This document shows, one piece after another, positions 50,210 through 59,297 of a DNA stretch of 64,000 bases. Source of the stretch: Bacteriovoracia bacterium (GTDB taxonomy: Bacteria; Bdellovibrionota; UBA1018; JBFWNL01); NCBI GenBank assembly GCA_050251055.1, contig JBFWNL010000002.1, forward strand, positions 1-64,000, given 5' to 3'. Both the position numbers and the translations under genes were made by a program. The first letter of the stretch is position 1; each line of letters opens with the position of its first letter. Below the pieces are notes generated by a model. That model saw only the letters and a list, made by a program, of their open reading frames with translations. It was not told the DNA's origin and made no database searches.

Positions 50210-50524
50210 ATGAGTAACGGTATCGTGTCGCTAAAAGCAGCTAGAGAAGTCAAACAAGCCCAAGCGGAGTTTCCGGAATACCAGGCCAAAATCAAGGCCA
50301 TGGAAAAGCTGGACCTTTTGAACGAAATGGTGCGTTTTCAAGAGGAGCGCTCCAAGCTGGGCCACCTCACGGCCTCCATGATGGTGCGCGGGCAGATCTT
50401 ATTTAAGGCGCTCGAAGAGAACGCCGAAACCGAAGCCCTGCTCGTGCTCACGCGTTCTTACCGCCAGCACCTCGAGTACGAGCTTGAGGACTACCTGCGC
50501 ACGGGCACGCGGAATTCCGATTGA
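50210..50524 (+). CDS. Small helical hypothetical protein
   Basis: GAGG RBS, normal codon usage, sigma54-type promoter upstream. Confidence 0.7.
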   Translation: MSNGIVSLKAAREVKQAQAEFPEYQAKIKAMEKLDLLNEMVRFQEERSKLGHLTASMMVRGQILFKALEENAETEALLVLTRSYRQHLEYELEDYLRTGTRNSD

Positions 50525-50581
50525 AGCAAAGCGAGATCAGAGATCCCGGCTGAACATTCAATTCACTCCGCCAGATCCAAG

Positions 50582-51964
50582 CTACAGTAAGTTACTCGCC
50601 AGCTCAGAGAGCTTCGAACGCTCCCCTTTGGACAAGGTGACGTGCGCGGAGATGGTTTCGTCTTTAAAACGGTCCACCAGGTAAACCAAACCGTTGTTCG
50701 CCGAATCGACGTATGGGTTGTCGATCTGGAAGCTGTCGCCCGTGCAGACGATCTTCGTGCCGTCGCCCGCACGGGTAACGATGGTCTTGATCTCGTGTGG
50801 AGTCAGGTTCTGCGCTTCGTCGACGATGAGGTATTGCTGCGGAATGGTGCGGCCACGGATGTAAGTGAGCGGCTCGATCTGCAGCAACCCCTGGTTCATC
50901 AGCTCCTGGCAACCTTTACCGGCGCCACGGCGAGCCTTGGTGCCGGTCGCGCCAAATAGGAAGTCAATGTTGTCGTAGATCGGCTGCATCCACGGGTTGA
51001 GTTTTTCTTCAATATCTCCCGGCAAAAAACCAATGTCTTTACCTAGCGGGAAGACCGGGCGGGACACGAGCAAGCGATGAAACACGCTTTCATCGACGGT
51101 CTTCTGGAGACCGGCGGCGATGGCGATAAGCGTTTTCCCCGTACCGGCCTTACCGACCAAGCTCACGAGCTTGATGTCATCATTCAGGAGCGCGTCAATA
51201 GCAAAAGCCTGCTCGGCGTTTTTGGGGAAGATCCCCCAGATCCCTTCGGCCGGCTTGAACACCGGCACGATGGAGTCGAGCTCCCGCGAGTAGCGCCCCA
51301 TCGCCGTATGGGCGGGGTTCACCGCATCCTTCAAAATCAAGTACTCATTTGGTTTGAGGGTCTGCGGCCCTTCCTTTGCCTTGTCGAAGTGACGATCTTT
51401 ACAAGGCAGCTTCTTCTGAGAATAGAATTCGTCCACCACGTGCGAGTCAATCGACAGGGTCAAAATCCCAGAATAGAGCTGATCCGGCTCGAGATTCGAA
51501 GGTTCGTAATCCTCCGCCGTAAGCCCTAACGCGTCGGCCTTGATGCGCAGATTGATGTCTTTGGTGACAAAGACGACCGGCCGCTTGGGTTGGCTTTTCT
51601 TATTGTGGATGACGAGCGCCAAGATGCGGTTGTCGGCGCTATCCCGATTGAGCTCAACCGGTAAGGCCAGGCCGCTCGTTTCCAGCTCGACGCGCAGGAT
51701 CCCACCGTTGGGGAGCTTCACACCCTTACTCAGCTCGCCGTCTTTCCGCATCTCGTCAATGAGGCGCGAAAACTGGCGCGCATGGCGGCCGTTCTCGGAC
51801 ATCTCGCGCTTGAAGCGGTCGACTTCCTCCACCACCACCATGGGGATGATTACATCGTTGTTGCCGAATTTATTGATAGCTTGGGGATCGAAGAGAATGA
51901 CGTTCGTATCGAGGATGAATGCCTTACGCACAGGAGCCCTCCGTGGGACTGCGTTCCAGGCCAT
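50582..51964 (-). CDS. PhoH-family protein with N-terminal PIN domain (PhoH2/YlaK)
   Basis: PIN 'ILDTNV', 'DNRIL', 'TKDINLRIKA'; 'GKAGTGKT', 'GFLPG..EEK..PW', 'RGRT', 'DEAQN'. Confidence 0.93.
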   Translation of the reverse strand: MAWNAVPRRAPVRKAFILDTNVILFDPQAINKFGNNDVIIPMVVVEEVDRFKREMSENGRHARQFSRLIDEMRKDGELSKGVKLPNGGILRVELETSGLALPVELNRDSADNRILALVIHNKKSQPKRPVVFVTKDINLRIKADALGLTAEDYEPSNLEPDQLYSGILTLSIDSHVVDEFYSQKKLPCKDRHFDKAKEGPQTLKPNEYLILKDAVNPAHTAMGRYSRELDSIVPVFKPAEGIWGIFPKNAEQAFAIDALLNDDIKLVSLVGKAGTGKTLIAIAAGLQKTVDESVFHRLLVSRPVFPLGKDIGFLPGDIEEKLNPWMQPIYDNIDFLFGATGTKARRGAGKGCQELMNQGLLQIEPLTYIRGRTIPQQYLIVDEAQNLTPHEIKTIVTRAGDGTKIVCTGDSFQIDNPYVDSANNGLVYLVDRFKDETISAHVTLSKGERSKLSELASNLL

Positions 51965-52030
51965 TAAATACGTTTTCTCTTTCAATTACAAGCTACAAAA
52001 CTTGATACGCCGTGCGGCAGACAGGGCCGG

Positions 52031-52720
52031 CTACTCGCAGGCGCGGCGGCCGTTGGTCTGGACGCAGAGTCGTGCCTTCACGACGTGGTTCCAGTAGGCC
52101 TCTTGCACCGGACAATAACCGTAAATCTGGCAGTACCAGTCGTTCCGCGCGTTTTTCACGGTGACGACCACGCCTTGCTGCCCGTTGCCCGCGACGTCGT
52201 TCGAGAAATCAATCGTCTGCTTCGCGGGAGCATAAGGACAAAAGGAGTTCTGTGCCGGTATGTTAGACGGCCGCAGATAACTCGTGCTCACGGTGCGGCC
52301 GTTGACTTCGACGTCGTAACGAGCGCAGGTGAGGTTCCAGTTGAAGTTGTTGGGGTTGCCGCCACCGATGGTGTGCAGGAGATCCACGTCCGAGAAAGCC
52401 TCGATCGTGACCTTGAACAAGGTGTCGGTCACCATGGGGTCCGGCGTTTCGTACACCGGTATATTGTCATAGCCGTTGGGCGGGGTGCCGGGACCGGTCA
52501 TTTCGAAATTAATGTTGATGGGGGGCAGTCCCGTCTCCGTAGGCGAAGGGGTCGGCGTCGGCGTGGCCGTCGGGGTTGGCGTGGCGAATCCCGAAGGGAA
52601 GCCATTGCGATTCTTTTGCGACTGCGTGCTGATGTCGTAGGGTTTGCCTCCGCAGCCGGAGATGAATACAGCCAGCGCTGCGACGGCCGTTACATTAAAA
52701 AATAGATGATTCTTCTTCAT
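52031..52720 (-). CDS. Cys-rich lipoprotein A (paralog of 53143..53817)
   Basis: Lipobox ISGC, PT-repeat linker, 6 Cys in the mature domain. Confidence 0.8.
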   Translation of the reverse strand: MKKNHLFFNVTAVAALAVFISGCGGKPYDISTQSQKNRNGFPSGFATPTPTATPTPTPSPTETGLPPININFEMTGPGTPPNGYDNIPVYETPDPMVTDTLFKVTIEAFSDVDLLHTIGGGNPNNFNWNLTCARYDVEVNGRTVSTSYLRPSNIPAQNSFCPYAPAKQTIDFSNDVAGNGQQGVVVTVKNARNDWYCQIYGYCPVQEAYWNHVVKARLCVQTNGRRACE

Positions 52721-52800
52721 AAAGACTCTCACTCTAAAAATTCCGTCGGCAGTCTTTGCTTGGACGGGCCCTAAAAACTGGTTGCTTACCTACTGACTAG

Positions 52801-52816
52801 AGCAAGAGCGGGGCCA
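52801..52816 (-). promoter_or_regulatory. Sigma54 -24/-12 element for lipoprotein A
   Basis: TGGCcccgctcTTGCT on the minus strand. Confidence 0.65.
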
Positions 52817-53051
52817 AATGGACACCCACGCCAACGCCGCGAACCTGCACACAAAAAATAAGCGTGGGTCCGGAATGACACAGGATTTTCGCCGTCCAAG
52901 GTTTTGACAGCTGCTCATCAACTTCGAGAGACTTCGAGAAAAAAAACCGGCGTAGAGACGAGAAACCCACGCTCCAAATTGGGTCTTGGATCTCCGAAAT
53001 TTCCGTAATTTCTCGAGAAATCGGCACTTTCATCTGGCTGCCGTGTCAACG

Positions 53052-53067
53052 TGGCCCTGGTTTTGCA
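53052..53067 (+). promoter_or_regulatory. Sigma54 -24/-12 element for lipoprotein B
   Basis: TGGCcctggttTTGCA. Confidence 0.65.
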
Positions 53068-53142
53068 AAACTAATTCATGAATCGATCGCCTGAGTAACG
53101 AGAGACGACACTCGACACCAGAGAGAAGAAGAGGAAGACGAC

Positions 53143-53817
53143 ATGAAGGCGGCCTATAAAAAACAAAATTTATTTTTTGCGATCGCGATCGCGCTGGTGA
53201 TTTCCGGCTGCGGCGGCAGCAAGTTCAACGACGACGACGACACCACGATCAGCCAACAGCAACAACCGGCACCCACGCCGACGCCGACCCCTTCGCCAAC
53301 GGAAACCGGTTTGCCTCCAATAAACATGACTGCCGAACTCAGCGGGCCAGGCACCCCACCTCCCGGATATTTCAACGATCCCGTCTGGCAAACGCAAGAC
53401 CCAATTGTCACCGACAGCCTTTTTCGTGTGACAATCGAAGCTTACTCCGACGTCGATTTGATCAATACGATCGGTGGTGGCAACCCCAACAACTTCAACT
53501 GGAACTTGAGCTGTGCTCAGTACACGGTAACTGTGAATGGTCACTCCATTCAGACCGTTAAGTTGCGTCCGAGCAACATGCCTAGCTACTCTGCCCCTTG
53601 GTGCGCCAACTCTCCAGCTTCGCAAACAATCGACTTTTCGGGTGACGTCGCCGGGACCGGCCAACAGGGCGTTCACATCACGCTAAACAACGCTAAAAAC
53701 AACTGGTCTTGCCAGTATGGCTATAATTGCAGCGGAGATATGCCGCAGGCCTATTGGAATCACCTGATGCGCGTGCGGGTGTGCGTCCAGACGAACGGCC
53801 GACGTTCCTGCAACTAA
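53143..53817 (+). CDS. Cys-rich lipoprotein B (paralog of 52031..52720)
   Basis: GAGGA RBS, lipobox ISGC, PT-repeat linker, same 6-Cys pattern. Confidence 0.8.
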   Translation: MKAAYKKQNLFFAIAIALVISGCGGSKFNDDDDTTISQQQQPAPTPTPTPSPTETGLPPINMTAELSGPGTPPPGYFNDPVWQTQDPIVTDSLFRVTIEAYSDVDLINTIGGGNPNNFNWNLSCAQYTVTVNGHSIQTVKLRPSNMPSYSAPWCANSPASQTIDFSGDVAGTGQQGVHITLNNAKNNWSCQYGYNCSGDMPQAYWNHLMRVRVCVQTNGRRSCN

Positions 53818-53828
53818 CCAACGCTCGG

Positions 53829-54848
53829 CTAGCAGCCGCTTTGCGCGAGCTGCAAAACCACCGTCCCGATTTGTTCCATCTGCTTTTCAGGGAAGGTCGA
53901 TTCCTGCACGGTGGCGATCTTCTTCCAAAAACGTGGCCAATCTTTGCCGCAAGCCTTGAAGAGTTGCCCGAACTCGGCCATACCCACGCCATAGGTGCGA
54001 AATTGGATCAAGGTCGCGTTGTTGATATCGCGCGACCACCCAGTCGCCTGCTTGAGATTCGCTAGAATTTCGGCCTTTTTTGCGGTTTTTTCGCCTTCCG
54101 TTTGGGCAGAGCGGTAGAGAGTGTCGAGCTCAGCGTACGCCTGGGCAAAGCGTTGTTTGCGACCCTCCCAGTCCCGCTCCTTGGCGAGGTACTCCGCGGT
54201 GACCGGCGCGTCTTTGCCATGCTTCAAGCCCAGGTAGACGGGCGTGATCTCGTCGGCGACAAAGCTCGCCAGACTTTCGTTGAAGTAGCTTTGGCCGCTC
54301 ACGTAGAGCGTCGCATGCACCGACTCGTGCAGCACCACGTTCACCAGGCCCCCCAGGGCCTCTTGACCCGGCGGAATCATGCTCGAGAGCACGGGGTCGC
54401 GGAAGTAACCGATCGTCGAAAACGCCGATGCCCCGCGCAGGTCCACATCCCATCCCTCTTCGGCAAGCTCCTTCGCCAAACCCCGTGCGCCATCTTCGTC
54501 AAACCAACCCAGATAAGTGAAGCTTCCCACGATGGGAAAGCTCCAGGTGCGCGGTTTGAAGGCGAGCTTCTCGCTCGCGCTCACGACATACACGATGTAG
54601 GGCCGGTCGATCTTCACGTACTCGGTGTAGTTGGAGGTGGGCTTCAGCCCATATTCTTCGCCAAAGGCCTTGATCTGCGGGATTTCCCCCAAGAGCTCCT
54701 TGATCCGCGGGGGCGTGCGCTCGTCTTTGATCACGTCCGGGATCGGCCGCGCACGGTTCACGATCATGAGCTGGCCTTTCGTAGCCTGCCAGATATAGCC
54801 GACCGTGCTGCATCCGCTCGCGGCAAGTTGGAGCGCAAGCCCCGCCAC
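53829..54848 (-). CDS. Putative zinc aminopeptidase lipoprotein (DUF2265/Aminopep family)
   Basis: Lipobox ASGC; 'W.FPIVGSF.YLGWF', 'AFSTIGYF.DP', 'HESVH', 'FNESLASFV'. Confidence 0.85.
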   Translation of the reverse strand: MAGLALQLAASGCSTVGYIWQATKGQLMIVNRARPIPDVIKDERTPPRIKELLGEIPQIKAFGEEYGLKPTSNYTEYVKIDRPYIVYVVSASEKLAFKPRTWSFPIVGSFTYLGWFDEDGARGLAKELAEEGWDVDLRGASAFSTIGYFRDPVLSSMIPPGQEALGGLVNVVLHESVHATLYVSGQSYFNESLASFVADEITPVYLGLKHGKDAPVTAEYLAKERDWEGRKQRFAQAYAELDTLYRSAQTEGEKTAKKAEILANLKQATGWSRDINNATLIQFRTYGVGMAEFGQLFKACGKDWPRFWKKIATVQESTFPEKQMEQIGTVVLQLAQSGC

Positions 54849-54891
54849 GATCCACCTACCCCGACCTCGCCCTACCCGACTACCCGTTGCC

Positions 54892-55449
54892 TTAAAAATA
54901 GAACGATGCCCCGAAATCCACCGCGATGTTGTCCTTCCAAGTCGAGATCGAACCGCCGGAGAGGTAGCTCGTTACTTCGGTCTTGAAGCCTAGGTTCTGC
55001 TGAAAATAAACACGGAAACCCATGCCGAGCACTACTGTCACCGAATCCACCTGAAGCGGCGGGGAATAAAGCCCACCGTAGTTGCCGGTAGCATCGCGGT
55101 TCAGCTGGCCGACGCCGGCCTTCACGTAAGGCTGGAAAATCGTCTGCCTGCCCAACAGCTCCTGGATCCAGTTCACGCTCATTACCGTGTCATGGAAGTT
55201 AGTATCCTGCGAATTCGTGATGAACGTGCGCTCGAAGGAATCCTGAAAAGAAAACTCCACGCCGGAGCGCTCGGTGAAATGATAGCCCACTGACGCTCCC
55301 CAGCGGCGGGTCCAGCTGTAGCTCGTTTCCGAATAATGACTATGCCGGTAGGAGAAAAGCATCGAGAGTTCGAACATGCCGGCCTGGGCCGGGACGGCCG
55401 CTCCGAAGTGAGCCGCCGCGATCGCGATGACGATGTAGATACGCTTCAT
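54892..55449 (-). CDS. Small outer-membrane beta-barrel protein (OmpA/W-like)
   Basis: Signal peptide, 'PYVKAGVG', C-terminal 'GASFYF'. Confidence 0.8.
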   Translation of the reverse strand: MKRIYIVIAIAAAHFGAAVPAQAGMFELSMLFSYRHSHYSETSYSWTRRWGASVGYHFTERSGVEFSFQDSFERTFITNSQDTNFHDTVMSVNWIQELLGRQTIFQPYVKAGVGQLNRDATGNYGGLYSPPLQVDSVTVVLGMGFRVYFQQNLGFKTEVTSYLSGGSISTWKDNIAVDFGASFYF

Positions 55450-55493
55450 ACCTGCCCCTTTCCTTGGGACCACTGCTTAATCCAGCCTGGCAA

Positions 55494-56582
55494 CTAGTCG
55501 GCGCGGATGTCCGAGAGCTCCTTGATGAGGCGCACTCGCTCCTGATCCAATTCCCGTTGCTTGCGCTGGTCGATGGCGGCGCCCGGATCCTCCACGATCA
55601 CGTCGCCGCGCTTGCCTTTGCCCACGGCGGCCGGACCCCGGCCCCCCTTGGGAAACATCAATTTTTCTCCGCTCGGGTCGCCCCCCACGAGCTTGCTCAC
55701 CCAACGCTCGCGCGCGCGCGGATCGGGCGCGCCGTTCGGGAAACGCTCGTACTTACGGACGTTGCCGGAAATCGTGGTGGCGTCCGTGGTGGCCGGCCGG
55801 CGCGTGGTGGCGGTTTCTTTCGTCAGTAAGCTTGATGCAAACTTGCGGTCCTTGCGGGCAGTTGCCGCAGTGACGATCTCCTTGAACTGATGATTGGAAA
55901 TCGGCAGTTGATGAAGCTTTTCTTTTAATGACGCCACGCTAACCGCCTGCGGGGTCGACGGGGTCACACGTTGGGTCTTGAAGTTCAGGCTCGTCGCCTC
56001 GCCCACCTTCACGGAGATCGACGAGTTCTTCTCGAATTTGTTCTCGAGTTCGGCGCTCTCACGCGTCACCACGAGCTGGGTTTCTTCCTCGGTCGGATTG
56101 AACTGCAAAAGCGCGCTCCCGCGAGCCTGGCGGAACCGGGCGTTGGCGGTCGCCACGGTGAGGACGCCGCTCCCCGGTAACACCTCCGCGAAGACCTTGC
56201 CTTTGTAAAGCACGAGCTGGTCATCGCCCGTACCCGCCTGATCGGCGCGGTCGAATATCTCGACGAAAGTGTCCTCGGCGAGCGTGAAATCAAAGCCTTG
56301 GCGATGGTGGATGCGGGCCCAACCCGTTTTCACCAGGAACCAGCCTCCGCAAGGCAGCACGGATTTCGGCGCCACCTCCACCAGATGGGTCCGCGTGGGA
56401 TCCATGACCTGGATCTCGCCTTCGAAATCGGTCAAGACTCCGCAAGGAACTTCCTTTCCGCCTTCGGCGGTCGCCGGGCGGGAAGCGTACGCGAAACTCC
56501 CGGCTCCGATCAGTGGCAACCCGAGCGCGGCCAAAGCGACGAACGCGCGGGCTTGGATTTTAATGCCCGTGACCGTGGTCAT
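55494..56582 (-). CDS. FecR-like domain periplasmic protein
   Basis: N-terminal TM/signal; 'L.EDT.V', 'LYKGKV', 'V.TANA', 'ETQLVV' FecR-type beta pattern. Confidence 0.6.
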   Translation of the reverse strand: MTTVTGIKIQARAFVALAALGLPLIGAGSFAYASRPATAEGGKEVPCGVLTDFEGEIQVMDPTRTHLVEVAPKSVLPCGGWFLVKTGWARIHHRQGFDFTLAEDTFVEIFDRADQAGTGDDQLVLYKGKVFAEVLPGSGVLTVATANARFRQARGSALLQFNPTEEETQLVVTRESAELENKFEKNSSISVKVGEATSLNFKTQRVTPSTPQAVSVASLKEKLHQLPISNHQFKEIVTAATARKDRKFASSLLTKETATTRRPATTDATTISGNVRKYERFPNGAPDPRARERWVSKLVGGDPSGEKLMFPKGGRGPAAVGKGKRGDVIVEDPGAAIDQRKQRELDQERVRLIKELSDIRAD

Positions 56583-57720
56583 GTCCGGATCCTTCTTCCT
56601 TGGTTTCGGCGGCCCCATGCTCATCATGGTCGTCAGCGGCTTCGGCCGCGTCATTCGCTTCGGTATGCGCGTTCTCGGCGTGCTGGACGCCACCCATCGA
56701 AGCGGCCGCGCGCGAGGCGCTCGCCGGTGCGTGGTCCACCGCCGCGCCGTGCTCGGCTGCATCCGCGTCTTCCGGCTCCACCGGAATCTCTTCGGGGTCC
56801 GCTTCCGACGCGATCGAGCGCAACACCCCGCCCGAGTTCACCCAGGCGGCTTCCGTTGAATGCGGGTGGTGATCAATCAAATCTTTCAGCCAATTTTGCG
56901 CGATCGTGTGCTGGCCTAAACGCTCGGCGGTAAGCGCCCGCCACAGACGAGCGTGGGCGACATAAGACAAAGCCTTTTTTTCTTTCGGACCGGACGCAAG
57001 CGCCTTTTCAAAATACTGATCAGCGAGCTTGAAGTGACTCAGGCGATACCAAGCCACTCCGGTCATCAGGTAATACTTCGCGGTGCGGAAGCTTTCGTTC
57101 TCTTCCATGCCGGTAAGGAAGGTCAGCAGCACCGCGGCTTTTTCATCTTCCTTGGCCTTCATGTAGCTCACGGCGAGCGTAAACATCTGAGCCGGCAGCA
57201 GATGGTGCGGCGGACGATACTGGATACCGGCCAACACGCGGCCCGTCTCCGTGCCGGTTTCTTCCTTCAACTGGGTCCCGTTCTTATGGGTGCGGTCGGC
57301 GGCGGTTTTCGCCGAGCAATCAAAACGCAGGCTTTCCGCCCAGCGCTTCAAATTCATGTTCTCAACCCGAAGCCGCTCGTTTTCCGAATGCGCGCGTTTC
57401 AGCTCGTCGACTTTGTCCTGCATGGAATTCCAGGCGTCACGATAGACGGCGGTGAATTTTCCGAAACCCGCCGGAGCATGGCCGTCCCCGTGCTCGTCGC
57501 CGTGGCCCGCCGGTGCGTGGCCCGTCTTTGCATCCGCCTTCGCGTGGCCGCCGTGGGCATCGCCATGCGCGCTGGTCTTAGCGCCCTTTTTCAGGAAGAA
57601 CGCACCACCGCCTAAAGCCAGTACGGCCACCCCGGCGATGATCAGCACTTTCTTCGAAAGCGCGCCTTTGATTTTCTGGACAAGTCCTTTGCGGTCCATC
57701 TCGACCGTATAGATCGACAT
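56560..57720 (-). CDS. Membrane-anchored TPR protein with His-rich tracts
   Basis: TM 'VLIIAGVAVLALGGGAFFL', coiled coil, TPR-like helices ending 'HHPHSTEA'; two His/Gly/Asp-rich segments. Confidence 0.7.
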   Translation of the reverse strand: MSIYTVEMDRKGLVQKIKGALSKKVLIIAGVAVLALGGGAFFLKKGAKTSAHGDAHGGHAKADAKTGHAPAGHGDEHGDGHAPAGFGKFTAVYRDAWNSMQDKVDELKRAHSENERLRVENMNLKRWAESLRFDCSAKTAADRTHKNGTQLKEETGTETGRVLAGIQYRPPHHLLPAQMFTLAVSYMKAKEDEKAAVLLTFLTGMEENESFRTAKYYLMTGVAWYRLSHFKLADQYFEKALASGPKEKKALSYVAHARLWRALTAERLGQHTIAQNWLKDLIDHHPHSTEAAWVNSGGVLRSIASEADPEEIPVEPEDADAAEHGAAVDHAPASASRAAASMGGVQHAENAHTEANDAAEAADDHDEHGAAETKEEGSGHDHGHGH

Positions 57721-57848
57721 TCCCGGACTTTTTCTTAATGCCGTGGCGTCATTCGGAAGGAAAAGAAAGCGCCGCCAAGCTGTCAAAATACTCGACAGCT
57801 GCGCGGCTTATACTCCTTTTCGGCCCTCGGCCCCATTTTGCTAAGTGG

Positions 57849-57861
57849 CAAACCACTGATT
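57849..57861 (-). promoter_or_regulatory. IHF-binding-like site
   Basis: AATCAGTGGTTTG matches WATCARNNNNTTR; lies between the putative enhancer and the sigma54 element. Confidence 0.45.
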
Positions 57862-57897
57862 TTTAAGCTTTTTTTAAGCCAACCCCCTGTGTCACGT

Positions 57898-57913
57898 TGG
57901 CACTGGGCTTGAA
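57898..57913 (+). promoter_or_regulatory. Sigma54-like element (GG-N10-GA variant) for the vWA lipoprotein
   Basis: TGGCACtgggcTTGAA. Confidence 0.5.
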
Positions 57914-57992
57914 ATAAGAAACCGGTAAGGCTGAGTGTATTTAACGCCTGATTAGCGAGTGTGGATCTGAAGTTATGCGTGGAGCGAGAACG

Positions 57993-59261
57993 ATGAACGA
58001 CAAGATTTTGACAAAATGGGTAGGAGCCTTGAGCTTGCTCGCTGCCTTCGCCTCCGGATGCAGCCAACAAGAGTTCGTGAAGGGCGCGTTCGTGAATGAA
58101 CAGCAGGGCCCGGGCAACTTTGAAATTCCCGCGCGCGTGGACATCCTTTTAGTGGAGGACGACACCGGCTCGATGTCGGAGGTCTTCGGCCAGATCTCCG
58201 CCCAAATGCCGCAGTTTCTGAACCAGCTCGAACAGCAGGGCTGGGATTGGCGGTTCGCCGTGATTCCCCTGACTACGAACCGCCCGATCAGCCAGATCGG
58301 CGCCTCAAAATATTCCGGAAACTGGGGCAGCTCGTGGAAGCCGCCTTACATCGGCGCCTCGCCTACCGATCCGGGCAACTTCGTGCCGAATTACTTCACC
58401 CAAAGTTTCTCGGCCTTCCTGTCATCGAGCGAAATCAACCCGTACGGGGGTGAGCCGGGCTTAAAGACGATCGACCAGATCATGACGAGCACGAACACCG
58501 TCCAGAACTTCCTGCGTCCCGACGCCTTGGCGGCGGTGGTGGTGGTCGGCAATGGAAACGACACTTCCGACGTGAAGTACTGCCAAACCCCGAACCAGCC
58601 CGGACAATCGGAGCCTTGCAACGGCGTGCTCAATACGGAACGGCTCTGCGGAACCGGCGCAGGCTGCCCCGCAGGCCCTTATTACTGTCAGCACGAGTTC
58701 GGCCACGCGGCCCCTTGCCCAGGTACGCTGACCCATACTTTAAACGCCTATAAGCAACGTTACGACGAACTGAATTCACCCAGCAATTCGAATTCAGCAG
58801 CCGTTAAGCTTTATGCCGCAGTTTCAAATATCACTGGAAACGGCTGCATCAACTCAAACTCCTATTCGATTCGGGGAGAACGCTATCAACAAATCGCCTC
58901 CCACACCGGCGGCGCCAGCTTCGACGTCTGCTCGCAAAGCATCCCGAGCGTGCTGAGCTCGCTGAGCAACGAGTTGCACAACCAGCGCATCGCGTACCGC
59001 ACGAGCTTCCTCGTGATCGCCGAAGAGCCGGTCGTCAGCTCCGTGATCGTGACGAAATATCCCGGCGGCGACCAAAATAATCCGCAAGTCATCCCGCAAG
59101 ACCCCAACAACGGATGGACTTACGTGGGCTACCGCACGGAGTACCTGATCGACTACCCGATCCAGTTAAACCAGGTTTCGGGTCACATGATCCAGCTGCA
59201 CGGATCGGCGCGTCTGATTGGCGACGATACGGCGGACGTGCAGTTCACCCCGGCGAATTAA
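57993..59261 (+). CDS. vWA-domain lipoprotein (CglB-like)
   Basis: GGAG RBS, lipobox ASGC, MIDAS-like 'DILLVEDDTGSM', 'FLRPDA.AAVVVV', Cys-rich insert. Confidence 0.75.
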   Translation: MNDKILTKWVGALSLLAAFASGCSQQEFVKGAFVNEQQGPGNFEIPARVDILLVEDDTGSMSEVFGQISAQMPQFLNQLEQQGWDWRFAVIPLTTNRPISQIGASKYSGNWGSSWKPPYIGASPTDPGNFVPNYFTQSFSAFLSSSEINPYGGEPGLKTIDQIMTSTNTVQNFLRPDALAAVVVVGNGNDTSDVKYCQTPNQPGQSEPCNGVLNTERLCGTGAGCPAGPYYCQHEFGHAAPCPGTLTHTLNAYKQRYDELNSPSNSNSAAVKLYAAVSNITGNGCINSNSYSIRGERYQQIASHTGGASFDVCSQSIPSVLSSLSNELHNQRIAYRTSFLVIAEEPVVSSVIVTKYPGGDQNNPQVIPQDPNNGWTYVGYRTEYLIDYPIQLNQVSGHMIQLHGSARLIGDDTADVQFTPAN

Positions 59262-59297
59262 AGACCTAGGGAGCTGCGGACCAAGACCACCCGCCGC

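Noticed and set aside
50582-51964. PIN-domain toxin-antitoxin system
   Set aside because: It is the common PIN-PhoH (PhoH2/YlaK) fusion, and no co-oriented small antitoxin-like gene precedes it.
52721-53142. Site-specific invertible promoter or shufflon between the paralogs
   Set aside because: No recombinase in the window, and each gene has its own promoter; only homologous inversion remains a possibility.
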